This document shows, piece by piece, positions 1 to 8,866 of a stretch of DNA of 64,000 nt; position 1 is the first letter of the stretch; each line of letters starts with the position of its first letter. Position numbers and translations under genes: made by a program. The notes under the pieces are model-generated. The model searched no databases. It saw only the letters and a list, made by a program, of their open reading frames with translations, and was not told where the DNA came from. Origin of the DNA: an uncultured Planctomycetota bacterium (GTDB lineage Bacteria; Planctomycetota; Planctomycetia; Isosphaerales; Isosphaeraceae); the NCBI GenBank assembly GCA_963845755.1, contig CAWJTV010000036.1, forward strand, positions 96,001 to 160,000, written 5' to 3'.

Positions 1-1839
1 GTGAACGGCGCGGGCCAGGTCGCGACGGAAGTCCGTGTTGGCCGGGTCCAGTTTCGCCAGGTCCTCGAGCTCCGTGACCGCCCGACGATACGAGGTTTCC
101 GCCTTGGGTAGATCGCCCATCAACGCTTGAATATCGCCGAGTCGGACCAGCGACCGCCCGGCTCCCCAACGGATCAGGGGATCGTCCTCCTTCTGAACCA
201 GGAACTGCTGGTAGCCCGCTTGCGCCTTCTCCAGCAACCGCTGGCGCACGGGCTCCATCTGAGGGATATCGGCGAGATCGACATCGGCCACCTCGGCGAG
301 CAGGCCGTCGGCGGCATCCTGGGCTAGCCGGAGGTTGTGCAGGGCACGCGCGGCGTTGGCGATGGCGATCTCCCGCTGCTGCTCGGCGATCGTTCGTTGC
401 GTCTCGGTCCGTCCCCGCTCGCGGTCGATCAGCACGACGCCGACGGACAGGCCGATCACCGCGGTGACCAGGAGCGCGGCCAGGGTCGTCGCCAGGGTGC
501 GGTGATGCCGGCCCCATCGCATCAATCGGACAGTCAGCGCGTCGCGATGAACCGAGACCGGCTCGTCGAGCAGCCAGCGGCGGACGTCCTCGGCAAGGTC
601 TTCCGGACGCCGGTAACGATGGTGCGGATCATGGGCGAGTGCCTTGGCGCAGATGGCCTCGAGCGCCCGGGGAACGGTCGGCTCGAGTTCGCGCGCCTTG
701 GGGAGGTTTCCTGCCCGGATCTTGCTAAAGACCTCGCCGATCGTCGCCCCGGAAGCCGGGGGCTGACCGGTCAGAATCTCGAACAGGATCGCACCCAGCC
801 CGTAGACGTCAGTCCGGACATCGATCAGGTCACTCCGGCCTTCGACTTGCTCGGGGGCCATGTAGGCCGGCGTGCCGGCCTGGCCGCGCGTCTGCTGGGT
901 CTCGGCGTCGGCGGAGACGGAGATGCCGGGCTCGGGTTGCGTCTTGAAGTCGTCGTCGGTCTGACCGACGATCTTGGCCAGGCCCCAATCGAGGACCACC
1001 ACCTCGCCGTGGCCCCCGAGGACCACGTTTTCCGGCTTGAGATCGCGGTGGATCACCCCGCGAGAGTGGGCATATCCGATCGCCTGGCACACCTTGACGA
1101 ACGGTTCGAGCAACTGCCGTTGCAGCTCGAGCCGGTCGGCGGCCTTGTCGGCCCGGCGCCGATGGAACTCGGCGATGGCATCCCGGAGGGTCTGCCCTCT
1201 CAGGAATCGCATCGTGTAGAACGGCTGATCGTCCTCCTTGCGACGGGCCAGCTCGTAGACCGGGACGATATTGGGGTGTTCGAGCTGCCCCGTGATCTGG
1301 GCTTCCTTGAGGAATCGGCGCCACGATTCGGGGCTGGGGGTCGCCTCCGATTTGATTTCCTTGAGCGCGACGTCGCGATTCAGGTCCGTGTCGTGCGCGA
1401 TCCAGATCTTCCCGAGTCCGCCTTCGGCATGCAGGCGCGTGAGGGTGTATCGCATCGCATCGCGCTGGGCCGCCGGTGGCACGAGCGTTTCGACGAGAAC
1501 ATGGCCCCGGGCCGGCGACAGCCCGTTGATCGACTGGCGAACGGCCGGGTTGGCGATCGCCCCCAGGACGTCCCGCGCCTCGAACTCGGCCACCGCACCC
1601 AGGGTTGCGCGCAGATCGCCCTGGTGCTTCTTCAGCTTACGTTCGAGCTTCCGCTCGACGTCGCCCCGGTCCTGTTCCGTGATCCATCGGCGCTCGATGA
1701 GCAGCTCGGCCAGCGGCCGCTCCAGCCGCATGGCCCAGCCGGCGCAGACATCGGCGAACTGGGCCTGATCGATCAGGTCATCCTGGAGGGCGATGACCGC
1801 GAACAGGAGATTGCGATCGATGTTGATGTTGGGGGACAT
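1..1839 (-). CDS. Ser/Thr protein kinase with hydrophobic helix and helical/TPR-like C-terminus (runs off the window start)
   Basis: Hand translation from ATG at 1839: MSPNINIDRNLLFAVIALQDDLID...; HAEGGLGKIW, VALKEI, HPNIVPVYEL, HRDLKPEN, DWGLAK, GTPAYMAPEQ; later 'LVRLGDIQALMGDLPKAETSYRRA'. Absent from the ORF track because no stop lies in the window. Confidence 0.9.
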   Translation of the reverse strand, partial: MSPNINIDRNLLFAVIALQDDLIDQAQFADVCAGWAMRLERPLAELLIERRWITEQDRGDVERKLERKLKKHQGDLRATLGAVAEFEARDVLGAIANPAVRQSINGLSPARGHVLVETLVPPAAQRDAMRYTLTRLHAEGGLGKIWIAHDTDLNRDVALKEIKSEATPSPESWRRFLKEAQITGQLEHPNIVPVYELARRKEDDQPFYTMRFLRGQTLRDAIAEFHRRRADKAADRLELQRQLLEPFVKVCQAIGYAHSRGVIHRDLKPENVVLGGHGEVVVLDWGLAKIVGQTDDDFKTQPEPGISVSADAETQQTRGQAGTPAYMAPEQVEGRSDLIDVRTDVYGLGAILFEILTGQPPASGATIGEVFSKIRAGNLPKARELEPTVPRALEAICAKALAHDPHHRYRRPEDLAEDVRRWLLDEPVSVHRDALTVRLMRWGRHHRTLATTLAALLVTAVIGLSVGVVLIDRERGRTETQRTIAEQQREIAIANAARALHNLRLAQDAADGLLAEVADVDLADIPQMEPVRQRLLEKAQAGYQQFLVQKEDDPLIRWGAGRSLVRLGDIQALMGDLPKAETSYRRAVTELEDLAKLDPANTDFRRDLARAVH

Positions 1840-2075
1840 GGCAGCGACCTCTTCCCGGGAAGCGAGCCGACGAATTGAAGACCCCGGTGTCTCTCGAGCG
1901 GCTCACGCTTGGGTTGCGGACGGAGGAGTAGGGTGCTCTGTGAGCACCGATGCTCGTCGCCGGCCCTTTGCGGTGCTCACAGAGCACCCTACTTAACTTA
2001 CGAGGTCCATCAGAGAAAGTAACAAATCTTCCCGGTCGCGATGGTTCTCTCGACGGCCGAACGGGTTTTCCGACC

Positions 2076-3833
2076 TTATTTGGACTTGAGCTCGAGGATC
2101 GGATCGAATGGCGTCGGAGGGGCCTTGAGGCATTCCACGGCCCGTCCCAGGAGCGTCAGACTCGGTAGGTCGTAGGTTCCCCCGGCCCCATTCAGCATCG
2201 GAACGAGAAGCTGGCAGCATTCGCTCCACCTGGCGGCTTCGAAAAGGCCCAATGCACGCTCGTAGGACTCGCTCCGACCCTGCCAATCTCCGGAAGCCGT
2301 CTCGGCGTGAAGCTCATGAAGGTCCACTTCCCCGGCAATCCCCACGACCCGCGTCCGGCAAAGCCGGCGGGTCGCGAACGAGCGGCCTAACAGGTTGCGT
2401 GTCGTCCCGGTGATCAGCAGACTCACCCCCAGGTGCTTGGTCGCCCCCTCGACGCGGCTGGCCAGGTTGACCGTATGTCCGAGCGGGCCGTAATTGAACT
2501 TCTTGTGGCTGCCCGTGTTGCCGACCAGGGCGGGTCCCGAGTTGATGCCGATCCCCAATCCCAGAGATCTCCCGAGCCGTCCTTCCCAGATCCGGTTGAG
2601 CTCTGGCAACCCGTCCCTCATCGCCAGCGCCGCGCGGCAGGCTCGCACGGCGTGATCGGGCTGCTCCAGCGGAGCGTTCCACATCGCGAGCAGTCCGTCG
2701 CCGATATACGTGACGACGACCCCCGCACATTCCATGATCTTGGCCGTCAGATGTTCCATGATCTCGCGAATGAGCTCGCAGGTCTGCCGGGCGGACAGTT
2801 GCTCCGAAAGCGCGGAGAACCCGCGAATATCGGCGAACAGCACGGTGACCTCGCGCTCGCGGCCATCGAGCAATTCGGGGTCGCGGTCCAGCGCGGCGGA
2901 CAGGTCGGGCGTGAAGAACTGCTCGAACTGGACCCGACGCCGGGCGGCCTGGGCCTCGCTCTCGAGTCGTGCCAGCCCCGCCGCCACGGCCGCGGCCAGG
3001 ACCTGGGTCAACTGGGCCTCGAGCGGGCGGATCTCGGGCGAGCGCCCCGTCCCGCGCCGGGCTCCGTAAACCACCCCGATGACCTCCTGAGCCTCGTTGA
3101 GGATCGGCGACGCAACCACGGCGGCCACGCCCAGCAGGCTGGCGGCCGTCGCGTGCGCCTCGACCCCCTGGAAGAAGGTCCGTCGTTCGCGGACGACCGT
3201 CTCCAGGATCGAACGGCTGAACTGATCTTCGGCATCCGCCTGCTGAGGATGAGCGGCCACGCGCACCCAGTCACCCTCTCGCGACAGCAGGACCAGGCCG
3301 ATATCCAGACCGATCAGCTCGACGACGGCCCGCGCGGTCTCGGCGAAGAAGTCGGGCGACGATGCCGCGGCCCGTTCCACCCCGACCAGGGCTTCAAACC
3401 AGCGGGTCAGCTCTTCGGTGTCCGGCGCGTCGCCCAGTCGGGGCACCAGGGTCCGGCCGGCAAGACCGGTGGCGAGGGGTGGGTCGATCGTCCTCAGAGG
3501 AGTCGCTCCTGGCGGCTCCTCGCAAACCGCGCACTCGATCTCGATGAGTGTGTCACCCAGTTGAAGTCGGGCCGGTAGACTGGCGGATCGCTCGCCGCCG
3601 GGCTCGATCAGGCTCCCGTCCGCGAGCCGTACCGTCACCTTCGTACTCAGGTTGCAGAGACGGACTCGGTTCCCCTCCTGTTCTTCCAGGCAGAGCTGAT
3701 TGTTGGAAACCGTGGGGTCCTGGAGCACGCTACGGGCGACATCCCTGCGGGGACCACGCCCGAATTCGAGCGGGCCGTCCCGATGAAGGAAACGCTCGCG
3801 CTCCGTCCGATTGCTCACGAGAATCCACAACAT
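2076..3833 (-). CDS. FHA-like/GAF/class III adenylate-guanylate cyclase domain protein
   Basis: 585-aa ORF; degenerate FHA (FGRG...VSNNQL), GAF-like middle region, cyclase motifs VTVLFADIRGFS, YIGDG, GIGINSG, VNLASRVE. Confidence 0.9.
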   Translation of the reverse strand: MLWILVSNRTERERFLHRDGPLEFGRGPRRDVARSVLQDPTVSNNQLCLEEQEGNRVRLCNLSTKVTVRLADGSLIEPGGERSASLPARLQLGDTLIEIECAVCEEPPGATPLRTIDPPLATGLAGRTLVPRLGDAPDTEELTRWFEALVGVERAAASSPDFFAETARAVVELIGLDIGLVLLSREGDWVRVAAHPQQADAEDQFSRSILETVVRERRTFFQGVEAHATAASLLGVAAVVASPILNEAQEVIGVVYGARRGTGRSPEIRPLEAQLTQVLAAAVAAGLARLESEAQAARRRVQFEQFFTPDLSAALDRDPELLDGREREVTVLFADIRGFSALSEQLSARQTCELIREIMEHLTAKIMECAGVVVTYIGDGLLAMWNAPLEQPDHAVRACRAALAMRDGLPELNRIWEGRLGRSLGLGIGINSGPALVGNTGSHKKFNYGPLGHTVNLASRVEGATKHLGVSLLITGTTRNLLGRSFATRRLCRTRVVGIAGEVDLHELHAETASGDWQGRSESYERALGLFEAARWSECCQLLVPMLNGAGGTYDLPSLTLLGRAVECLKAPPTPFDPILELKSK

Positions 3834-3854
3834 CGGAAACCCATCCTCGGGACG

Positions 3855-5316
3855 TCATCGAGACGGCGGTGTCGGGGAACGCGGCTCGAGTCCCGACGGG
3901 AGCCGGACGGGCTCGAAACCTTTCGGGCTGTCCAACCCGTCCGGGAACACGAGCTGTTCGCGGAGTCCCTCGAGCCGAGCCCGCAGCCGGTCCTGCTCCG
4001 CTTTTCGCCCGGGAGCCAGATCGATCCAGGACTGGCGCAGCGGCACCAGGGCCAGGTAGCGCTGGGCCGCCTCGTCCCAGCTCGCGATCCGATTCCCGGC
4101 ATCCTCACGATCGAGCCGGCCGATCAGCGTCTGGACATCATCGGCATGGAATCGCCTCGAGGCGACCGCCCTGAGGCATTGGTCCACCGAGGAGGTCGCC
4201 TCCCGCAGAGCGACCCGGACGGCCTTCACATCGGGGACGTCCTTCTCCATCTGGGCGGACAGCCGGCGCAGCGATTCGAGGGACGGCCGGGCATCCGGCT
4301 CGGCCACGATCTCCTCGACCAGGGGGAGCGTCCAGGAGCCCCAGCGCGGTGAGCCGATCGACGTCCCCGACGGTCGAGGTGCACGACGCCAGGCCTGGTC
4401 GCGCAGGTCGTGATGACAGGAGAAGCAGCCGTACTCGGTGAACTCCGGCCAGGGCGCCGCGTGCTGGTCAACCGCGTCGATCCGCGATCGTAACAGCTCC
4501 AGCGACGACTTCATGACGGCCAGCCGGCCGATCGCCCAGGCGTGCGCCGGGAAATCCACGGCGCGCGCGGGAGAGGACGGGGCCGTCGGCGTCGCATTGT
4601 CCCCCTTCTCAACCCAGTGGGGCGGCATATTATCCAGATAAGCCGAGAGCTCGAAGATCAGCCGCGGGTGGCCGGCGGCGATCAAGTCGTGGTTCACGTC
4701 GCGGACCGGCTGCCCATTGCCGGCGCCGGCGCCGACATGGCAGCCGGCGCAGAGTCTGGGCGCGATGCACGAGATCCTGGGCATTCACCAGGCCCAGCGC
4801 CTGCTTCTCGGGCCAGGGCCGGTTTCTCCACCCAATCGTCGTATGCGGACCGAGCCAGCGCCCGGAACCGCCATGACAGGACTCACAGCCCACGCCGTCG
4901 GAGTCCATCCACGCCGTCGTCGTCAGCTCCGACGCCGGGCGCGGCGTCGTGTGGCAGGCCAGGCAGCGATCGTCCCGATGAGCGGGCTTCACCCGGGCCG
5001 GGTTGACCGCGAGGTTGCGGACGATCCGATCCGAGCGTGGGTCGAACAGGACCTGGTAGGCTCGGGAATGGGCGTCGTCGGCCAGCCAGGTGGTGTGCTC
5101 ATTCCCGAGGATCGTCGAGAGCGAGGACTCTCTCGGCGCGATACTCCCGTGACAGGCCGTCGCCGAGCACGAGCCGGACCCTCGGAACTCGGATCCGGAC
5201 GGCGCCTCCACCGTATAAAGCCGGCGAACCTGACGACCCGGCGTCTCATCTCCGCGGCAGAGCACGACGAGCCAGACTGCGGCCAGCAGTAACGGACTCC
5301 AGCGTGCTCGACTCAT
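3855..5316 (-). CDS. Exported multiheme (about 5 hemes) cytochrome c, c554/c552-like; one frameshift near 4752
   Basis: Signal-peptide-like start MSRARWSPLLLAAVWLVVLC with GGAGG upstream; CSATACH, CLACH, CESCH in ORF 4630..5673 and CAGCH, CFSCH in ORF 3855..4784. Confidence 0.85.
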
Positions 5317-5546
5317 CACGGCCTCCGGAGGTTCGGCGCGATACGCGTTCGACCGATGGGACGGACTTCGTCCCCTGCCAGGATAAGGTGCGGATGGAGA
5401 AAAAGCCACGAATGGCTGAGGTCCCGGCTTTCTTGTAATATAACATTCGACAAGAATCCGGGCGGATCCGATTACGGGATATGACGCCGGCAAGAAAGTG
5501 GGTCGGGCTTGAGAGTCTTCTTCGGTAAGATCTCTGCGCCGTGCGC

Positions 5547-5916
5547 GCATCTGGGGAATTCTGGATTCCCGATTCGAGATTCGAGATTCCCGATGGGACG
5601 ATTTCTGGATCCGGAATCTCGAATCTCGCATCGGGAATCCCTCTGGGGTTGCGGGCGAAGGCCACGTTAGCATCTGGGGAAATCCTGGATTCCCGATTCG
5701 AGATTCGAGATTCCCGATGGGACGATTTCTGGATCCGGAATCTCGAATCTCGCATCGGGAATCTCTCTGGGGTTGCGGCCGAAGGCCACGTTAGCATCTG
5801 GGGAGTCCTGGATTCCCGATTCGAGATTCGAGATTCCCGATGGGACGATTTCTGGATCCGGAATCTCGAATCTCGCATCGGGAATTCCTCTGGGGTTGCG
5901 GCCGCAGGCCGCGTTA
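5547..5916. repeat. Three tandem ~123-bp palindromic units (REP/BIME-like)
   Basis: Units start at 5547, 5670 and 5794. Each has GATTCCCGATTCGAGATTCGAGATTCC...GGAATCTCGAATCTCGCATCGGGAAT (hairpin) and a GCGGCCGAAGGCCACG-type element. Confidence 0.95.
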
Positions 5917-5972
5917 GGCCTGAGCCCGACCTACGGTACCGGGAGCGACTGATTCGAGGTGGTAGAGGCGGC

Positions 5973-6949
5973 ATGCTGGTCTTCGACCGTGACAACTGGC
6001 CGTATCATCGCTCCTGGTGTCTCGCCATCGTGTTGGCGACGGCGGCGGGCGCGATCTGGTACGTCATCTACGGGTTCAGCTCGGGCTCCTGGCACTGGCC
6101 CGGCGGCGGCAGTCCGCCCGGCTTCGCGTACGGGGCGCTGGGCGGCGCGATCATCCTGTTCGAGATGCTGCTCTGGCCGCGCAAGTCGCTCTGGCGGGGA
6201 TGGCGATTGGGCCGCACCAAGTGGTGGATGACGGGGCACATCTGGCTGGGCCTCCTCGCGCTCCCCTTGCTGTTGCTGCACGGCGGGTTCCATTTCAATC
6301 CCGCCACCTCCACGCTCGCCGCCGTCCTCATGTGGTTGCTGGTCGTCGTGGTCGGCAGTGGCATCTTCGGCCTGGTCGTTCAGAATATCGTCCCGCGGCT
6401 CATGCTCGAGCGGTTACCGGCCGAAACGATCACCTCGCAGATCGACCGCGTGCTGGCCCAGTATCGCGATGATGCCGAGTGGTTAGTGCGCGCCACCTGC
6501 GGGGACCCGCCGGCCGATGGGCTGGGCGAGGCCGCCCGTGAGGCCCCGGGATTCGTCGCGATCGGTACGGTACGGCAGGTCGGGCGGGTGCAGGGCAAGG
6601 TCGTCCAGGCCGCCTTCGAAGCCGGCTACGTGCCCGAGTCCGAGCCGCTGCTCGCGTTCTACCGCGAGCTGGTCGAGCCCTACCTGCGGCGAAGTCCGGG
6701 ACGGGGCTTCCGCTGGGATCGTCGCGGCGGACCGCACCGCTGTTCCAGGCCCTCAAGGATCGCCTGCGCCCGGAGGCCCATCCCGTCGTCGATCGACTGG
6801 CCGACCTCTGCGACCAGCGCCGCCAGTTCGACCTCCAGGCCCGTCTACACAGTTGGCTGTTCACCTGGCTCGGCGTCCATGTCGCCCTGTCGGTCGCGCT
6901 GCTGGTATTGATGGTCATCCATGTTTTCTTGGCGTTGAAGTATGTCTGA
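5973..6949 (+). CDS. Polytopic membrane protein, putative di-heme cytochrome b (ferric-reductase-like TM); frameshift near 6700
   Basis: MLVFDRDNWPYHRSW...; several hydrophobic helices; HIWLGLLALPLLLLH and, after the shift, HVALSVALLVLMVIH (both H-x13-H); ends ...ALKYV* overlapping the next start. Confidence 0.75.
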
Positions 6950-8527
6950 AACGAGCAAGCAGCGACAGTCGCGGATCGACCTGGGCTATTATCGGCTCCC
7001 CGACGCCCAGTCGCGCCGGCGGCGCTGGCTGATCCTGTCGGCCCTGCTGATCGCGGTGGCCTGGGTCGCGGCCGCACCGATCTGGAGCCAGGGGCGGGAC
7101 GGCGCGCGTGCGGTTCTTCCAGCAGGCCGGGCTGGCCTCGAAAGGGCCGCTGGCCCGGCCGCACGCGATGTGGGAGTCCAACTGCGAGGCGTGCCACGTC
7201 CCGTTCACGCCGGTCAACGGCTCGCGGTGGTCGCCGTCCTTGCGGAGCGGGTCGCATGCCGGCGAGGATTCCTGCCGGGCCTGCCACGCCGGGCCGAGCC
7301 ACCACGCGAGCCAGCTCGCGCGGGACGTCCCCTCGTGCGCCGAGTGCCATCGCGATCATCGCGGTCGGGACGCCTCGCTCCTGGTCATGGACGACTCGGC
7401 CTGCACTTCCTGTCACCGGGACCTGTCCCAGCACCGCGACCCGGCCGCCGGCCGGATGCTGACGGCGGCCTCGGTGACCCGGTTCGGCGCCGACCCGGCC
7501 CAGCACCCCGGCTTCACACCGCCGCTTGGCGTGCCGGGGCCCGACTCGGGGCGGATCAAGTTCAGCCACGCCCGGCACCTGGCCAATGGCCTGACGATGG
7601 CGAAAGACGGCGTCCCGTTCACGTTCGCCAGCCTGGACGAGCCGGACCGCGCCCGATACGGCTGGACCACCGGCCGGGACAGCGAGTCCATCCAGCTCCG
7701 GTGCGACTCATGCCATCGACTCGATGGCGGGGACAAGGAAAGCCCGGCCCTCCCGCGTTCGCCGGGTGCGTCGATGCGGCCGGTCACGTATGAGACGGAC
7801 TGTCGCGCCTGCCATCCGCTCCCTTTCGACGCGAAGGATCCTCAGCGGAAGATCCGTCATGGCCTCCGGCCGCGAGAGGTCGTCGAGGAGCTGAATCAGC
7901 TCTACACCGCACAGGCGGTCAAGTCCGATCCCGCCCTGCTCCGCCGGTTCGTGCCTCCGCGGCCGATCCCCGGCCGGCCCGTGGCCGAGGAGCAGGCGCG
8001 AGCCGAGAAGGCCGCGGCGGACAGGACGCTGTCGGCCCTCAAGCGGCTCTTCGGCTCGGCCGTCGACGAGGGGGTGAGGAGCAGCCAGGGGCTCCCGATG
8101 GGGCGAGGGGGCTGCGTCGAGTGCCACGAGCTGACACCTTCGTCCCGGCCGCTGGTGGACCTGGACGCGGTATCGAGCCTGGAACTCAAGCCGGTCGTCG
8201 TGCGGTCGCTGTGGTACGAGAGCGCCGCCTTTAACCACGCGGCCCACCGGGCGCTGGAGTGCGCGGGCTGCCACGCGGGAGCCTCGGAGTTCGACCGACC
8301 CGGCCCGCCTGCTGCTGCCGGATGTCGGGCAATGCACGAGTTGCCATGCCCCTGCGACAACCCAGGGGAGTCGTCCGCAAGGCGGGGCCGGTGTATCGTG
8401 CGTCGAGTGCCACCGCTATCATGACGGCGATCATCCTACCCGGGGGGTCGGGTCCACCGCGCGCCGGGGCTCGGTGGAAATGAGCCTGGAGCAGTTCCTG
8501 AGCGGTGGACCGCCGCGCGGGCGGTGA
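6942..8527 (+). CDS. Membrane-anchored decaheme cytochrome c (c3-like); frameshifts near 7105 and 8290
   Basis: N-terminal RRRRWLILSALLIAVAWVAA anchor; CEACH, CRACH, CAECH, CTSCH, CDSCH, CRACH, CVECH, CAGCH, then CTSCH and CVECH in the shifted frame ending TGA 8525-8527. Confidence 0.85.
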
Positions 8528-8577
8528 GCTTTGCCGATGGCGCGGGCGGTGAGCAAGGCGACCGGATAACTTCGGAT

Positions 8578-8735
8578 GACTCACCACAGAGTCACAGAGA
8601 GCACAGAGAAAACAGAAAAACGTACGAATTCTGATTTTCGGTCCGATCTGCTGGGGGGAAGCGATTCCGCATGCGCTCAAGGGATCACGACGCGTCTTCG
8701 TCTTCTCTGTGCCCTCTGTGACTCTGTGGTGAGTC
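8578..8735. repeat. Intergenic inverted repeat (33-bp arms, 1 mismatch)
   Basis: GACTCACCACAGAGTCACAGAGAGCACAGAGAA (8578-8610) pairs with TTCTCTGTGCCCTCTGTGACTCTGTGGTGAGTC (8703-8735). Confidence 0.9.
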
Positions 8736-8866
8736 TCTTGTGATTGGTTGGTTGCGGCTCGGCCGCGCTGTGAACACCGAATTCGGCAAAGTCCGCCGGA
8801 TCGGTGCTCACAGAGCCCCCGACAAAGAGCTTGCGAGACAGTCACTGAGAGAGGTCGGAGCCAACG

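Noticed and set aside
337..1878. 513-aa plus-strand ORF and similar long antisense ORFs (8231..10351, 9946..11766, 23078..25207, 48543..50042, 61251..63053)
   Set aside because: Shadow frames opposite clearly motif-bearing genes, as expected in high-GC DNA.
5547..5916. CRISPR array
   Set aside because: Whole 123-bp units repeat with no unique spacers, and no cas genes are present.
5246..5995. Repeat-containing ORFs (MRDSRFRIQKSSHRES...) and the 5541 extension of the membrane protein
   Set aside because: These are translations of the palindromic DNA repeat; better starts exist at 5316 (-) and 5973 (+).
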